DNA of 64,000 nt, from NCBI GenBank assembly GCA_038534095.1, contig JBCAXK010000003.1, positions 6,609 to 70,608 of the forward strand, read 5' to 3'. The translations under genes and the position numbers were made by a program. Shown here in pieces: positions 1 to 9,960 of this stretch (position 1 is the first letter of the stretch; each line of letters begins with the position of its first letter). Below the pieces are notes generated by a model, which searched no databases, had not been told where the DNA came from, and worked only from the letters and a program-made list of their open reading frames with translations. The stretch is from Chlamydiota bacterium (GTDB lineage Bacteria; Chlamydiota; Chlamydiia; Chlamydiales; SM23-39).

Positions 1-221
1 TCAGGGTTTCCCCAAAATCTTCTGTAAGAGGGACAAAAAAACGCCCACAGAATTGAAGAGCGATTCTTCATGGGGCTAAAGAAAAACGGAGTTTTTTTAT
101 TCCCACTTAGAGGGGGCGTTAGACAAATGACCTATGAAACCATGCTTGCTACTGAAAAGCATTTTATCTAGAAAGATCTGAGCATTTACCCCTGTTTCAT
201 TTTCACCTATCTGTTACACTA

Positions 222-641
222 ATGGGAAGAAAATGTGCGGAAAAAGGAGCCTTAGCATACGTGAATTTGGATATTGGCGTCGATATTGTATCAGTAGAAA
301 GAATAGAACAATCCATCGAGCGTTATGGAGAGATCTTTCTCAAAAGAATCTTTACAGAAAAGGAGCGTGCCTACTGTTACTTGCTAAAAAGCCGCCCTAC
401 CCTACGTTTTGCCTCCCGTTACGCAGGAAAAGAAGCTGTTGCTAAAGCCTTGGGATCAGGAATAGGAAAACACCTCTCTTGGCAAGATATAGAAATTCTT
501 CCAGAAAAACAGAACAAACCTAGGGTCACTCTCTCTGAAAAAGCGTACCATTTTTTCAATAAACCAAACATAATCATTAGCTTAAGCCACGAAAAAGAGT
601 TTGCCGTAGCCTACGCCCTTGTCCAAAGCCGCCCTGCGTAA
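222..641 (+). CDS. acpS: holo-[acyl-carrier-protein] synthase (4'-phosphopantetheinyl transferase)
   Basis: 139-aa ORF with AcpS-like blocks (GVDIVSVERI, RFASRYAGKEAVAKALG, ISLSHEKEFAVAYAL). The true start may be the GTG at 261, preceded by AAGGAG at 244-249. Confidence 0.85.
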   Translation: MGRKCAEKGALAYVNLDIGVDIVSVERIEQSIERYGEIFLKRIFTEKERAYCYLLKSRPTLRFASRYAGKEAVAKALGSGIGKHLSWQDIEILPEKQNKPRVTLSEKAYHFFNKPNIIISLSHEKEFAVAYALVQSRPA

Positions 642-752
642 ATTGATAAGGCCGTTACTAGGGGCAAGGGACCCATGTCAGCAGAACGGGTTTAAAGACG
701 GTTTTGCGTAAAAACAGCGCACATTCCCTAAAGATTTGAAGCAATCGCCTAT

Positions 753-1565
753 TTAGAATGAAAAGGGTAAAAGGTAGGCAACGGTGAAAAAATTCACGCC
801 TTCGGGATAAGCTCCTGCCAAAAGCCTGCGAACATACTCGAAACGGAACGTACCCATTACCCCAATTTTGTAGCCATAACGGGCACCTACATCGAGAAAT
901 TTATACCGAATACGCCCGTAGCCAAAAAAATCATTTGGATCCACTTGGGTTCTTTTTCCATAACCATGTCCCCCTTCTAAAAAAAGAGCCCCGGTATGTT
1001 CGTCAAAGTACTTACCTTCAAAAGAGGCAGTTCCTGAGAACCAAGGAGAACCGCTCGTTGCAAATCCTAAAGAGCCGTATCCCCAAAATCGGTAACGAAA
1101 ATACCGATTGGGATCAAATTCTTTCCCAAAAGCGACATGCAATAAAAACTCCCCAGATCCGTGATAAGGGCAGCTCACATCTCGAAGCGAGCGCCTGGAG
1201 GTAAAGCGGGCAGAAACTCCCGTTGCTAAACTGAGAGGATCTCCAATCACATCGTCCAACCAAAGATAACGCCCTTGAAGGGCAAGAGAGCGGAAGCTAA
1301 AGGATTGACGCGAGGTATCTACGAAAGAAACTTCCCCATCTACGCTCCATTGGGGCGCTGGGGACGTTTCTATCGAAAAGTCAAAATCGTGATCCTTAGA
1401 ACCTGTGTTGGGGATCGTTTCACGGTTGATTTTGTGGTAATCGCTGTAGGTATAACTTGTGAGCAAATGAAACTCATAGACATCGCTAAACCAAGGTTGT
1501 TTTTCAAGACCTGAGGCAAAAGAGGGGAAAAGCCCACAAACCATGAGCGCGTAGAGCCATCTCAT
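753..1565 (-). CDS. putative outer-membrane beta-barrel protein (unknown family)
   Basis: From Met17 of the tracked ORF there is a signal-like N-terminus ([19 protein letters not shown]). The body is Gly/aromatic-rich with an alternating strand pattern and ends LLPFSF (terminal Phe). Its ATG overlaps the trxB stop (ATGA at 1562-1565). Confidence 0.6.
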   Translation of the reverse strand: MRWLYALMVCGLFPSFASGLEKQPWFSDVYEFHLLTSYTYSDYHKINRETIPNTGSKDHDFDFSIETSPAPQWSVDGEVSFVDTSRQSFSFRSLALQGRYLWLDDVIGDPLSLATGVSARFTSRRSLRDVSCPYHGSGEFLLHVAFGKEFDPNRYFRYRFWGYGSLGFATSGSPWFSGTASFEGKYFDEHTGALFLEGGHGYGKRTQVDPNDFFGYGRIRYKFLDVGARYGYKIGVMGTFRFEYVRRLLAGAYPEGVNFFTVAYLLPFSF

Positions 1566-2509
1566 AGGCCAAGTTCCGATAAGTAGCGCTCTGCATCTAA
1601 AGCAGCCATGCACCCCGATCCGGCGGCAGTGACCGCTTGGCGATAACGCTCATCTTGCACGTCACCTGCTGCAAAAACTCCTGGAATGCACGTTTTGCTG
1701 GTCCCTTTTTCGACTTCAATATATCCAGCAGGAGAAAGGGGGAGCTGCCCCTCTAAAAATTTTGTATTTGGCAAGTGGCCTATGGCAAAAAATACCCCGC
1801 CAGCTTCTTGTTCTTGAACGCTTTCTGTAACAAGATCTTTGATGCAAACTGCCCCAACAATCGCCTCCCCTTTTACTTCGTGCAAGACAGAATTCCAAAG
1901 AATCTCCACCTGAGGGTGCTGCAAAGCTCTTTCTGCCATAATTTTTGAAGCGCGCAAAGTATCCCGGCGGTGAACGATATACACTTTTTTTGCATACCTT
2001 GTCAAAAAAATCGCCTCTTCTACAGCGCTATCGCCCCCTCCAATGACATACACATCTTTATTGCGAAAAATCGGCGCTGCGCCATCACAAACTGCGCAAG
2101 AAGAGACCCCTTTCTGCCAAAATTCTCCGTCCCTTGTTCCAGGAATATCGAGCCTTTTTGCGCAAGCGCCTGTCGCAATGATGATTGCTTTTGCGCGCAC
2201 TTCGTCTTGTTTGGTTTTCAAGGTAAACGGTTTTTTTTGCAAATCCACGCTTACCACATCTTCTTGCCGAATTTCGGTTCCAAAACGGAGCGCTTGTTTT
2301 TTAAACGCTTCCATCATTTCTGGGCCTAAAATGCCCGAAGGAAACCCAGGATAATTTTCCACGTCGGTCGTTGTGGTCAGCTGCCCCCCTTCTGGTCCCG
2401 ATAAAAATCCAGAAAAAAGGAGCGGAGAGAGGTTGGCTCTTGCTGCGTAAATCGCTGCTGTGTACCCAGCAGGCCCCGACCCAATGATCACTAAATCTTT
2501 TTCTTTCAT
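1562..2509 (-). CDS. trxB: thioredoxin-disulfide reductase
   Basis: FAD motif [18 protein letters not shown], redox-active CAVCDG and NADPH motif [12 protein letters not shown]. Start taken at [10 protein letters not shown] (ATG at 2507-2509) rather than the upstream ORF start at 2578. Confidence 0.93.
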   Translation of the reverse strand: MKEKDLVIIGSGPAGYTAAIYAARANLSPLLFSGFLSGPEGGQLTTTTDVENYPGFPSGILGPEMMEAFKKQALRFGTEIRQEDVVSVDLQKKPFTLKTKQDEVRAKAIIIATGACAKRLDIPGTRDGEFWQKGVSSCAVCDGAAPIFRNKDVYVIGGGDSAVEEAIFLTRYAKKVYIVHRRDTLRASKIMAERALQHPQVEILWNSVLHEVKGEAIVGAVCIKDLVTESVQEQEAGGVFFAIGHLPNTKFLEGQLPLSPAGYIEVEKGTSKTCIPGVFAAGDVQDERYRQAVTAAGSGCMAALDAERYLSELGL

Positions 2510-2636
2510 TACGATTTCCTTTTGAATTAAAAGTTGATTGTATCGAACTATCTGCAAAAATTCCACTAGAAAGGACAAAGAAAATCCCTTAAAATGTTTG
2601 CAAGACTTGTCGATAAAATTGGATCTTAAGAATCAT

Positions 2637-5465
2637 ATGCAAAAAGTGTTAAGAAATATTTTTGGCATTTACCCAGGGGAAGTGCTCTCTACGTTCCGAT
2701 TTGTAAAGTTTTCTGTATTCTGGGCCTTTTCCACCTCTTGTTTCGAAACGCTTGCAGATGGCCTTTTTCTTTGTCATGTAGGAGCCGACGGACTGCCTTT
2801 TGTCTATTTTGTGATTGCGCTGGCGTTGATCTTATTTTCTTCCATTATTTTGTACCTTCTTCGGCTGACGAGCCCTTACCGGATTCTTTGCAAAACGCTC
2901 ACTCTTTTCTTGATCGCTTCGGGCTTTCTTTTGCTCCTTTTTTCCTATCACGAGCTGACCAGCCTTCCAAACACATTTTGGTATTTGCTGAAAATCTATT
3001 CTAGAATTTTCTTTGCAGTTTTCTTGGCTCTTGGCTGGACATTCATCGATGAATACCACGACCTACAAGATGCAAAACGGGTCTACTCTTTGTATAGCGC
3101 AGCCTATTTCATGGGTCTTATCCTCTCAGGAACGTGCATTCATCTATTTTTAGATGTTTTAGGGCAAAGAACCTTTTTTACTTTTAGCGCTATTTCTGTT
3201 TTTTTTGCTTTAAAAGAGGCAAGACGGATCAACGCCAATGTCCCTGTTGTGGAAGACGACGGCATTGAAGGGGCTTTTTCTGGCGATCGGCACTCCCTGT
3301 CATCCATGGTACAAAAACTCCTTGGCTCCCCCTACACCATCGCTCTTTTAGCTCTTAGCCTTCTCCAGGCCTTTACCCTCACTACAACAGAATTTAACTA
3401 CATGGAAACCTTTGAAACGGCGTTTCAACAAGGGACTTTGCAAAAAACATTTACCGCAAGCAATCTGTCTGAATTTTTAGGGAAATGGCGGGCTTGGATC
3501 TCCTTTTCTAATGTGCTCATCGGAGGTTTTCTCTACAGACCCTTTGTAAAAAAATTTGGCCTCACGAACGTTGTGCTGATCCCTTCTCTTTTCTTCTTTT
3601 TTCTGTATCTCACCTGGACGTTTCACGATTCTTTACCGATCGCAATTTTGGGTTTGATCGCCGTTGATGGAATTTCTTTTACGATTGAAGACAACAATTT
3701 CAATCTACTAACAAAAGCGGTCCCTTCAAAACTGAAGTCTAAAGTGCGTATTGTCAATGACTCATTTTTTGAGCCCATTGGGATGATGATCTCTTCTGTG
3801 TTGCTTTTATCCTTGCCCTTGTACCAAAGCCGCGCTTTTGGTCTTGTTCTCTCAGTCTTTTTGATCATTGCTAGTTTTTTGGTGCGCGCTCTTTACTCCA
3901 AAGCGCTTTTTACCAACTTAAAAGAGCATACTCTCCGATTTAAAAAAACTCTTCTAGACTGGACTTCTTCTTGGACAAAACGGGAAAAGCGGCTAGCAAA
4001 AGAAGCGATTGTTCAAAAGCTCCAATCCCCAAAAGAGTCGGATAAACTTCTTGCCATTAGAACCATTTTAGCGCTCAAAAAAGAGGACCTAGTTGGCGTG
4101 ATTTCTGAGGAAATGAGCGGTTTTACTGATCTTGGAAAAACGACTCTATTGACTCTACTCGATAACTCTTTTTGCGCCTCTGATCAGAACATCTTAAGGA
4201 AAATTGCCTCTTGGGCAGACTGTTTATCAAGGGTAGAATTTCAACAACACGCCTATTTCTACCTAGCAAAACGTAAGCTTCTCTCTCCCGAAAAGGTGCT
4301 ACATCACCTCGATGCGCACCACCCGTTATGGATTCGCGCTTCTGCTATTTTGACCCTAAAGAAAACCCCTGATTGCGACTCCTTGGATAAACTCGCTCTT
4401 CATAGAACCATTGCCGATCGGGAACTGCACCTTCTTTTAAGCGACCCTGATCCTACAGAAGTGTTGATGGGACTTCGGTTGCTTAGGGAAACTCCTTCCG
4501 TAGAATCTGCGCAAAAAGCCTTGACCCTTTTTTCACACGCCAAACTCGAAATACGTAGAGAAGCGGCGCACGTGATGGCAAAGGTTAGCGATCCTTCGAT
4601 GTACTTCTTGGCTCCAAAAATTCTTGCGCTTCTGCAAGAGGAGACCGATTCTAAAACCCGTCTTTACTGCTTGGAATCCTTAGGCAAGTTTTCCGATTCA
4701 TCGATCGTAAAAGAGATTCTCTTAAAAACAGTCCACTTTCGTCCCGTTGAAAAAAGGCTTACAGAAAAAATCATTGCCAATATGGGACTAAAAAATGTGC
4801 CTTTGATTCTCTCAGTACTCAAAGATGTGCAAGCACATGACAAACCAAGAATTTTAGCGAGCAAAATTTTAGCCAGGCTTTCCCCAGCGCAGCTTCACGC
4901 CCACTTAGACGCCATTTTGCATGTGGAAAAAGAACGGGCCTACTTTTATTTTTACTATGGGCATACTGTACAAACATCCTACCCCGACATCCCCTTAAAA
5001 GACCTCACTCAAACCCTCCTGACCAGCTTTCAATCGGCGATTGACTTCATTATCCATCTTTTGGCGGCTGTAGGTCAGGTGGAAGATCCCGAGCTACTTG
5101 TCTTATCTCTACACAGCAAAAATGCAAAAGTCCATAGTAGCGCGATCGAAGCGCTAGAAACTACTTGCTCTCCGAGCGTATTTTCCTGGATTCTTCCTCT
5201 GATTGAGGATTTACCTTTTGAAGAAAAATTGAACGCTTACAAAAAGTATGCGACAAAAGATCGGAAGCTCACTCTTCCCCATATTTTGCAAAAATTACAA
5301 ACCTCGCCTTCTACATTTGACAGGATTGTTGCTGCAAAATTGAAAGCTCTTGTGAAAACTCCTGGATGGGAAAAAGAGCTTTTACAAGAACTAAAAACCT
5401 GTGATGAAAATTTCCACCACTTTGCGTACGAGTTATTAGAAAATGAAACAGCTCACTCTTATTGA
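2637..5465 (+). CDS. polytopic carrier-like membrane protein (TLC/NTT- or MFS-like) fused to a C-terminal HEAT-repeat domain
   Basis: About 450 aa with many hydrophobic helices, followed by about 500 aa of HEAT/PBS-lyase-type repeats (EIRREAAHVMAKVSDPS, TRLYCLESLGKFSDSS, KVHSSAIEALETTCSPS). Start taken at the ATG at 2637. The carrier family is assigned from memory only. Confidence 0.65.
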   Translation: MQKVLRNIFGIYPGEVLSTFRFVKFSVFWAFSTSCFETLADGLFLCHVGADGLPFVYFVIALALILFSSIILYLLRLTSPYRILCKTLTLFLIASGFLLLLFSYHELTSLPNTFWYLLKIYSRIFFAVFLALGWTFIDEYHDLQDAKRVYSLYSAAYFMGLILSGTCIHLFLDVLGQRTFFTFSAISVFFALKEARRINANVPVVEDDGIEGAFSGDRHSLSSMVQKLLGSPYTIALLALSLLQAFTLTTTEFNYMETFETAFQQGTLQKTFTASNLSEFLGKWRAWISFSNVLIGGFLYRPFVKKFGLTNVVLIPSLFFFFLYLTWTFHDSLPIAILGLIAVDGISFTIEDNNFNLLTKAVPSKLKSKVRIVNDSFFEPIGMMISSVLLLSLPLYQSRAFGLVLSVFLIIASFLVRALYSKALFTNLKEHTLRFKKTLLDWTSSWTKREKRLAKEAIVQKLQSPKESDKLLAIRTILALKKEDLVGVISEEMSGFTDLGKTTLLTLLDNSFCASDQNILRKIASWADCLSRVEFQQHAYFYLAKRKLLSPEKVLHHLDAHHPLWIRASAILTLKKTPDCDSLDKLALHRTIADRELHLLLSDPDPTEVLMGLRLLRETPSVESAQKALTLFSHAKLEIRREAAHVMAKVSDPSMYFLAPKILALLQEETDSKTRLYCLESLGKFSDSSIVKEILLKTVHFRPVEKRLTEKIIANMGLKNVPLILSVLKDVQAHDKPRILASKILARLSPAQLHAHLDAILHVEKERAYFYFYYGHTVQTSYPDIPLKDLTQTLLTSFQSAIDFIIHLLAAVGQVEDPELLVLSLHSKNAKVHSSAIEALETTCSPSVFSWILPLIEDLPFEEKLNAYKKYATKDRKLTLPHILQKLQTSPSTFDRIVAAKLKALVKTPGWEKELLQELKTCDENFHHFAYELLENETAHSY

Positions 5466-5859
5466 AAAAGCATTCTTTTTAAAAAAAGTAAAAATTTTTG
5501 AAGATCTCGATCTCGATTTTCTTCTATCGATTTCCGATAAAGTGCATCAAGACGAGTACGACAAAAATGAGCCCGTTTTTTTAGAAAAACAAATTGGCCA
5601 CTCTCTCTATCTGATTGCAAAAGGATCTGTGGAGCTCATCAAGGGCGCCGTAAGGAGGCGCCACTTAAAGGTGGGGGATTTTTTTGGCGATGAGTCTCTC
5701 TTTAACGAACGTCCCCGCGCTTACGCAGCTGCGTGTACAACAGATACTCTTCTTTTGATTCTATCTCGATCGGATCTAATGAGCATCATTTCTGAGTGTC
5801 CCAATGTAGCGGTACAACTTTTAAAACACTATACAGAGATTTTCCATACAGCAAGATGA
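5443..5859 (+). CDS. cyclic-nucleotide-binding (CAP effector-type) domain protein
   Basis: 138 aa with a CAP_ED-like core (LYLIAKGSVELIKG...VGDFFGDESLFNERPRAYAAACTTDTLLLILSRSDL). Overlaps the upstream gene by 23 nt in a different frame. Confidence 0.8.
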   Translation: MKQLTLIEKAFFLKKVKIFEDLDLDFLLSISDKVHQDEYDKNEPVFLEKQIGHSLYLIAKGSVELIKGAVRRRHLKVGDFFGDESLFNERPRAYAAACTTDTLLLILSRSDLMSIISECPNVAVQLLKHYTEIFHTAR

Positions 5860-7085
5860 ATATTCGAACCCGTTTTTTCCTCTTTTTGATCCCCGCTACA
5901 TTCTTTAGCCATATTTTTATCGCTACTTGCATGTACCAAACGTGGAGCCTTGAAGTCCAAAAGCAGTTTGAAAAACGTTTCAGCGCCGCTTTAGAGGAAA
6001 AAGATGCCCTGTCAACAAGCGAACTTGCGCAGGCTTTAGATAAAGACTTTTTCCTAAAAACGCTCCGGGTGATCCCCAATATCCCTCCTGCTTTCCATCG
6101 GATTCACTTCAAAACTTCTTACTACCATGAAACGGTATTTGCGTACCTACCTCCCACAAAGATGCGAAGCGCTATTCAGGTCGATTTAGCAGCAAAAGAA
6201 CTCTTTTCCGAACTAAAATCTGGGATTTTTTGGACAGCGACTGCCGCTCTTATGAGCATGGGAATCAGTCTTTGCGGCCTGTTTCTTGCTACAAGAAAAA
6301 TTACCGCTCCGATAGAAGATCTTAAGAAAGCAGCTCTTGCGATCGCAGCTGGTGACTACGGACAAAACATCTCTGTCAAAGGCCCCAAAGAAATTCAAGA
6401 ACTATCAAACACGCTAAGCGTAATGAGTGAATGTTTGTATGAAAATAGTCAGCGCCATAAAGAATCCTTATTGGAAAAGCCGCTTGCTAGTTACGAAGAA
6501 ACCTCAGCACGGCACCTCCAAAAAATGATGTTTTCCATGAGAGCCAAAGACTCTAATTCGGACAAAATTTCGATCAAAACGTTAGCGCTCCACTCTCTTC
6601 AGCCCAAAGGTCTTCTTTTGGAGCTATGTGACTCGCCTGGGGCCCCCTTACAGCTTTCCCTGTTTGAAGCTAACCAAGCAGGGCTAGCTGGGATGTACGA
6701 TCTGTTGACCAATCATAAAACCAATCAAGAGAGCTTTCCCCAAATCAGCGCCTCGCTAGATGCGCGCTCCGAACTATTTTCCTACCAAACAAAACAATTT
6801 CCTACCCCTTTCCTTTGGTCTTTTCGGGAGAAAACCTTCTTCCCTTTAAAAGAAGACTGTACCAAAGTGGATTGCGGAGACTGTATTTTTCTTTATACGC
6901 CTTCTCTTTTCTCTCTGTACAAAACAGAAAAAGAAATGCAAAAACATCTTGGTAAGGTCCTGAAATTTTTTGCAGAAGAAGGGCTCGACCCCCTTTCAAA
7001 AATGCTGTACAAAGAAATCCATTTTTTCGCAAAAAAACAGGATTTTGATGAAGATATTCACCTTCTTTTCTTTCAAATTTTGTAA
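5856..7085 (+). CDS. membrane sensor with HAMP domain and a degenerate SpoIIE/PP2C-like (RsbU-like) C-terminal domain
   Basis: TM1 (FFLFLIPATFFSHIFIATCMY), a ~110-aa loop and TM2 (IFWTATAALMSMGISLCGLFLA). HAMP follows (ITAPIEDLKKAALAIAAGDYGQNISVKGPKEIQELSNTLSVM). The C-terminal region parallels SpoIIE blocks (ARHLQKMMF, LLLELCDSPGAP, CGDCIFLYTPSL, DEDIHLLFFQIL). Its ATG overlaps the upstream stop (ATGA at 5856-5859). Confidence 0.6.
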   Translation: MNIRTRFFLFLIPATFFSHIFIATCMYQTWSLEVQKQFEKRFSAALEEKDALSTSELAQALDKDFFLKTLRVIPNIPPAFHRIHFKTSYYHETVFAYLPPTKMRSAIQVDLAAKELFSELKSGIFWTATAALMSMGISLCGLFLATRKITAPIEDLKKAALAIAAGDYGQNISVKGPKEIQELSNTLSVMSECLYENSQRHKESLLEKPLASYEETSARHLQKMMFSMRAKDSNSDKISIKTLALHSLQPKGLLLELCDSPGAPLQLSLFEANQAGLAGMYDLLTNHKTNQESFPQISASLDARSELFSYQTKQFPTPFLWSFREKTFFPLKEDCTKVDCGDCIFLYTPSLFSLYKTEKEMQKHLGKVLKFFAEEGLDPLSKMLYKEIHFFAKKQDFDEDIHLLFFQIL

Positions 7086-7166
7086 ATTTTTTTTGTGATA
7101 AAAATTTTTACGTAGTATAACTTCTTCACGTTTTCACCACCTTGCAATAGAATTTTAGGAGAATTT

Positions 7167-7910
7167 ATGGACCTTGGCCACGAGCAATTCACGACCATCC
7201 AAGAACAGCACCGATCTTATGAAATAGAGCCGCATCTGCTGAGCTCCCGAGTGGCAGTAAAATATGGTCGGATTATTCCTTTAGATATCCACCATCGGAG
7301 ATATGCCAAGGAGATTGTGAAGATTTTGGGTGGCGGTTTTGAGTGGGAAGATCTAGGAAGTATTTTTCTACAATGTTACACATTTTTAGAAGAATTTCCA
7401 TTACTGTCGAATGAAATGCGCTCCGACGCAGCGATTGCCATTTTTCAGTATGTGATCGATTATACAGATTCAGGCTACAGGCCCTATGAGATGAACAAGG
7501 TGCTGCTGAAGAATATGCTCACCCCATTTATTCGATGGCTTTCTCCAGACAATTTGAATCGCCTTGTTCCTGAAAGCACCATCGAAGGAGCTCCTACAGA
7601 CGCAGATATTGTGGCTTATGAGTCCCAGGTTCTGCGTCCTTTCAAAGGGAAGTTTGACTGGTTTAGCCTATCGACAGTTGTCTATTACACAACAAATTAC
7701 GTATCGCAATTTCGCTCGCTTAGCTATGAGGATAAGTGCCGATTATGCTACCGAATTGTCGCCTTTGCTATCGAAAAAATGGACGCTCCCTACGTTTTAG
7801 AGCACTTTGCGGATGATATTTTCAATCGATTTTCACAGCCGATCATGCGTGAGTTGATTAGAAAAATGCATAAAGAGAGCTCCCGTCATCCGCGCAATTT
7901 CCCTAATTAG
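7167..7910 (+). CDS. hypothetical protein
   Basis: 247-aa ORF in an otherwise empty interval, with a purine-rich stretch (TTTTAGGAGAATTT) just upstream of the ATG. No family recognised. Confidence 0.55.
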   Translation: MDLGHEQFTTIQEQHRSYEIEPHLLSSRVAVKYGRIIPLDIHHRRYAKEIVKILGGGFEWEDLGSIFLQCYTFLEEFPLLSNEMRSDAAIAIFQYVIDYTDSGYRPYEMNKVLLKNMLTPFIRWLSPDNLNRLVPESTIEGAPTDADIVAYESQVLRPFKGKFDWFSLSTVVYYTTNYVSQFRSLSYEDKCRLCYRIVAFAIEKMDAPYVLEHFADDIFNRFSQPIMRELIRKMHKESSRHPRNFPN

Positions 7911-8026
7911 GGCTCTTGTAAAAGGGAATCGATGTGGGTTAGATCTTCTCCTGACGTGAAGAGTGGATTGCAAATCGAGAGGTAAGAAAGGCTAGCTTAC
8001 ATGCCAGCCTTTCTTCTAAGAGCTTT

Positions 8027-8263
8027 CTAACCTGCTTTCTTTTGTTTGATGTACTCAATTACGTCACCTACTGTTTTGAGCTTTTCAGAATCTTCTTCCG
8101 AAATAGCAAACCCAAAGTGTTGTTCAAATGTCATGATGAGCTCTGTAGAATCCAAAGAGTCGGCGTTCAAATCCTCGACAAAAGATTTTTCTGGAGTCAC
8201 CTCTTCTTCCTTGACGCCCAGCTGTTCTACAATAATTTCTACGACTTCTTTTTCAATAGACAT
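8027..8263 (-). CDS. acpP: acyl carrier protein
   Basis: 78 aa with the phosphopantetheine-attachment motif [21 protein letters not shown]. Last gene of the fabH-fabD-fabG-acpP cluster. Confidence 0.93.
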   Translation of the reverse strand: MSIEKEVVEIIVEQLGVKEEEVTPEKSFVEDLNADSLDSTELIMTFEQHFGFAISEEDSEKLKTVGDVIEYIKQKKAG

Positions 8264-8297
8264 AATTATTCCTTTGTTGTTCCTAAATTAATGCGCA

Positions 8298-9083
8298 TTA
8301 CATCACCATCCCCCCATCAACATGGAGAGTTTGTCCTGTGATATAGCCAGAAAGAACATCGGATGCCAAAAACAGGGCAGCCTTTGCTACATCATCAGGC
8401 GATCCAAATGTGCGCATGGGAATCTTTTCTTTAATGAGTTGGATCGTTTTTTCTGGTAGTGAACCGGTCATTCTCGTTGTGATGAATCCTGGAGCGATCG
8501 CATTCGCTCGCAATCCTCGTTTTGCGATTTCTTTTGCAAGAGATTGGGTAAATCCGATAACGCCCGCTTTTGACGCTGCGTAGTTAGCTTGTCCCGGGTT
8601 CCCAATCCTGCCAATCACAGAGGAGATATTGACAATCGAGCCCTTCCTTTTTTTGAGCATTGCCGGTAAAAAGGCTTTGCAAACAAGGAAAACCCCTTTT
8701 AAATTCACAGCAACCACATCATCAAAATCCTTTTCTGGCATACGGATCAAAAGATTGTCCCGCGTAATGCCTGCGTTATTGATCAAAAGATTGACGCTAA
8801 AACCCTTTCCTTCTATCTCTTTTTGCACCCTTTCCACATCTTTAGCAGAAGAAACATCTCCTAAAAAGTAGTCACATTGTTGCTCTTGTAAGTGGGCCGT
8901 TTTTTTGAGTAGTTCCGCCGTATTTTGCGCATTTTTTTCATTGGTTCCCATAATGAGGACATGGGCGCCATGTAGGGCAAACAAACGAGCCACTTCTTGG
9001 CCAATGCCCGATGTGCCTCCTGTAATGAATGCAACCTGATCCTTTAAATAGGATGTTTTTTCATTGTACATAGACTTTTTCAA
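8298..9083 (-). CDS. fabG: 3-oxoacyl-[ACP] reductase
   Basis: SDR motifs TGGTSGIG, NNAGI and the S...YAASK catalytic set. Lies in the fab cluster. Confidence 0.92.
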   Translation of the reverse strand: MKKSMYNEKTSYLKDQVAFITGGTSGIGQEVARLFALHGAHVLIMGTNEKNAQNTAELLKKTAHLQEQQCDYFLGDVSSAKDVERVQKEIEGKGFSVNLLINNAGITRDNLLIRMPEKDFDDVVAVNLKGVFLVCKAFLPAMLKKRKGSIVNISSVIGRIGNPGQANYAASKAGVIGFTQSLAKEIAKRGLRANAIAPGFITTRMTGSLPEKTIQLIKEKIPMRTFGSPDDVAKAALFLASDVLSGYITGQTLHVDGGMVM

Positions 9084-9960
9084 GGACCTCGCCGATTTGT
9101 GATTCTTCTTGGACAGAGTAGGTGCGCAGCACGCCCATTTTTCCGTTCATAGCACTAAGCTTTTTACCAGGTCCCACCTCAATCCAGGTATGGATCTCCT
9201 TTTTGAGGGATTGGATGATCTTTGTCCAACGGACAGGAGAGGTCACCTGATCAATCAGGTACTCTTTGATCAATGAAGCTGAGGAAACCTCTTGCCCAGG
9301 AACGTTCATAAAGAGGCGACAAGCAGGTTTTTGAAAAGACAATCCGTCAATGTAAGCAATCAGCCCCTCCCGTGCCTTCTCCATAAAAGGAGAGTGAAAG
9401 GCGCCTTCCACAGATAAAGGGATGGTTTTTGCCCCTTGAGCCGATAGAAGTGCTTGCGCATCTTTCAAGCCAGAAAAGCTTCCTGCAAGAACCGTTTGTA
9501 GCGGAGTATTGTAATTGGCAATCGAAACATCTTCACAAGGGGCAATGATTCTTGCAATTTCTTCTGGGTCCATACCGATGACAGCGCTCATCGATCCAGG
9601 GTTTTCTTCGCACGCTGCCTCCATCAAAGAGGCTCTTTGTTTAATAAGCTGAAAGGTCTCTTCAAAAGAGAGACACGAAGCTGCGTAAAGAGCGGTATAC
9701 TCTCCCAAGCTCAGCCCAGCTACAACCGATGGGAAGCAGGTTTCTTTCAAACGGTCGACAAGAGAGGCGCTTACAAGAAAAATAGCGAGCTGACTCCAAC
9801 GGGTTTTTTTTAACACATCTTCTGGACCTTCGGCTAGAAGGGTAAAAAACTGCTCACCAAGCTCTTTTTTTACGTAAGCAGATTTCTCGTCGTCGCATAG
9901 TCCCCGATCCATACCAACGCTTTGAGCCCCTTGTCCTGGAAAAATCATCGCAATGTTCAT
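9061..9960 (-). CDS. fabD: malonyl-CoA:ACP transacylase
   Basis: FPGQGAQSVGM plus active-site GLSLGEYTAL. Start taken at MNIAMIFPGQG (ATG at 9958-9960), which overlaps the fabH stop as ATGA. Confidence 0.9.
   Translation of the reverse strand: MNIAMIFPGQGAQSVGMDRGLCDDEKSAYVKKELGEQFFTLLAEGPEDVLKKTRWSQLAIFLVSASLVDRLKETCFPSVVAGLSLGEYTALYAASCLSFEETFQLIKQRASLMEAACEENPGSMSAVIGMDPEEIARIIAPCEDVSIANYNTPLQTVLAGSFSGLKDAQALLSAQGAKTIPLSVEGAFHSPFMEKAREGLIAYIDGLSFQKPACRLFMNVPGQEVSSASLIKEYLIDQVTSPVRWTKIIQSLKKEIHTWIEVGPGKKLSAMNGKMGVLRTYSVQEESQIGEVLEKVYVQ

Noticed and set aside
7984-8015. Hairpin aagaaaggctagc-ttacat-gccagcctttctt between convergent genes 7167-7910 and acpP, considered as a bidirectional terminator
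   Set aside because: The 13-bp stem has one mismatch and there is no U-run on either side, so I cannot support an intrinsic-terminator call.
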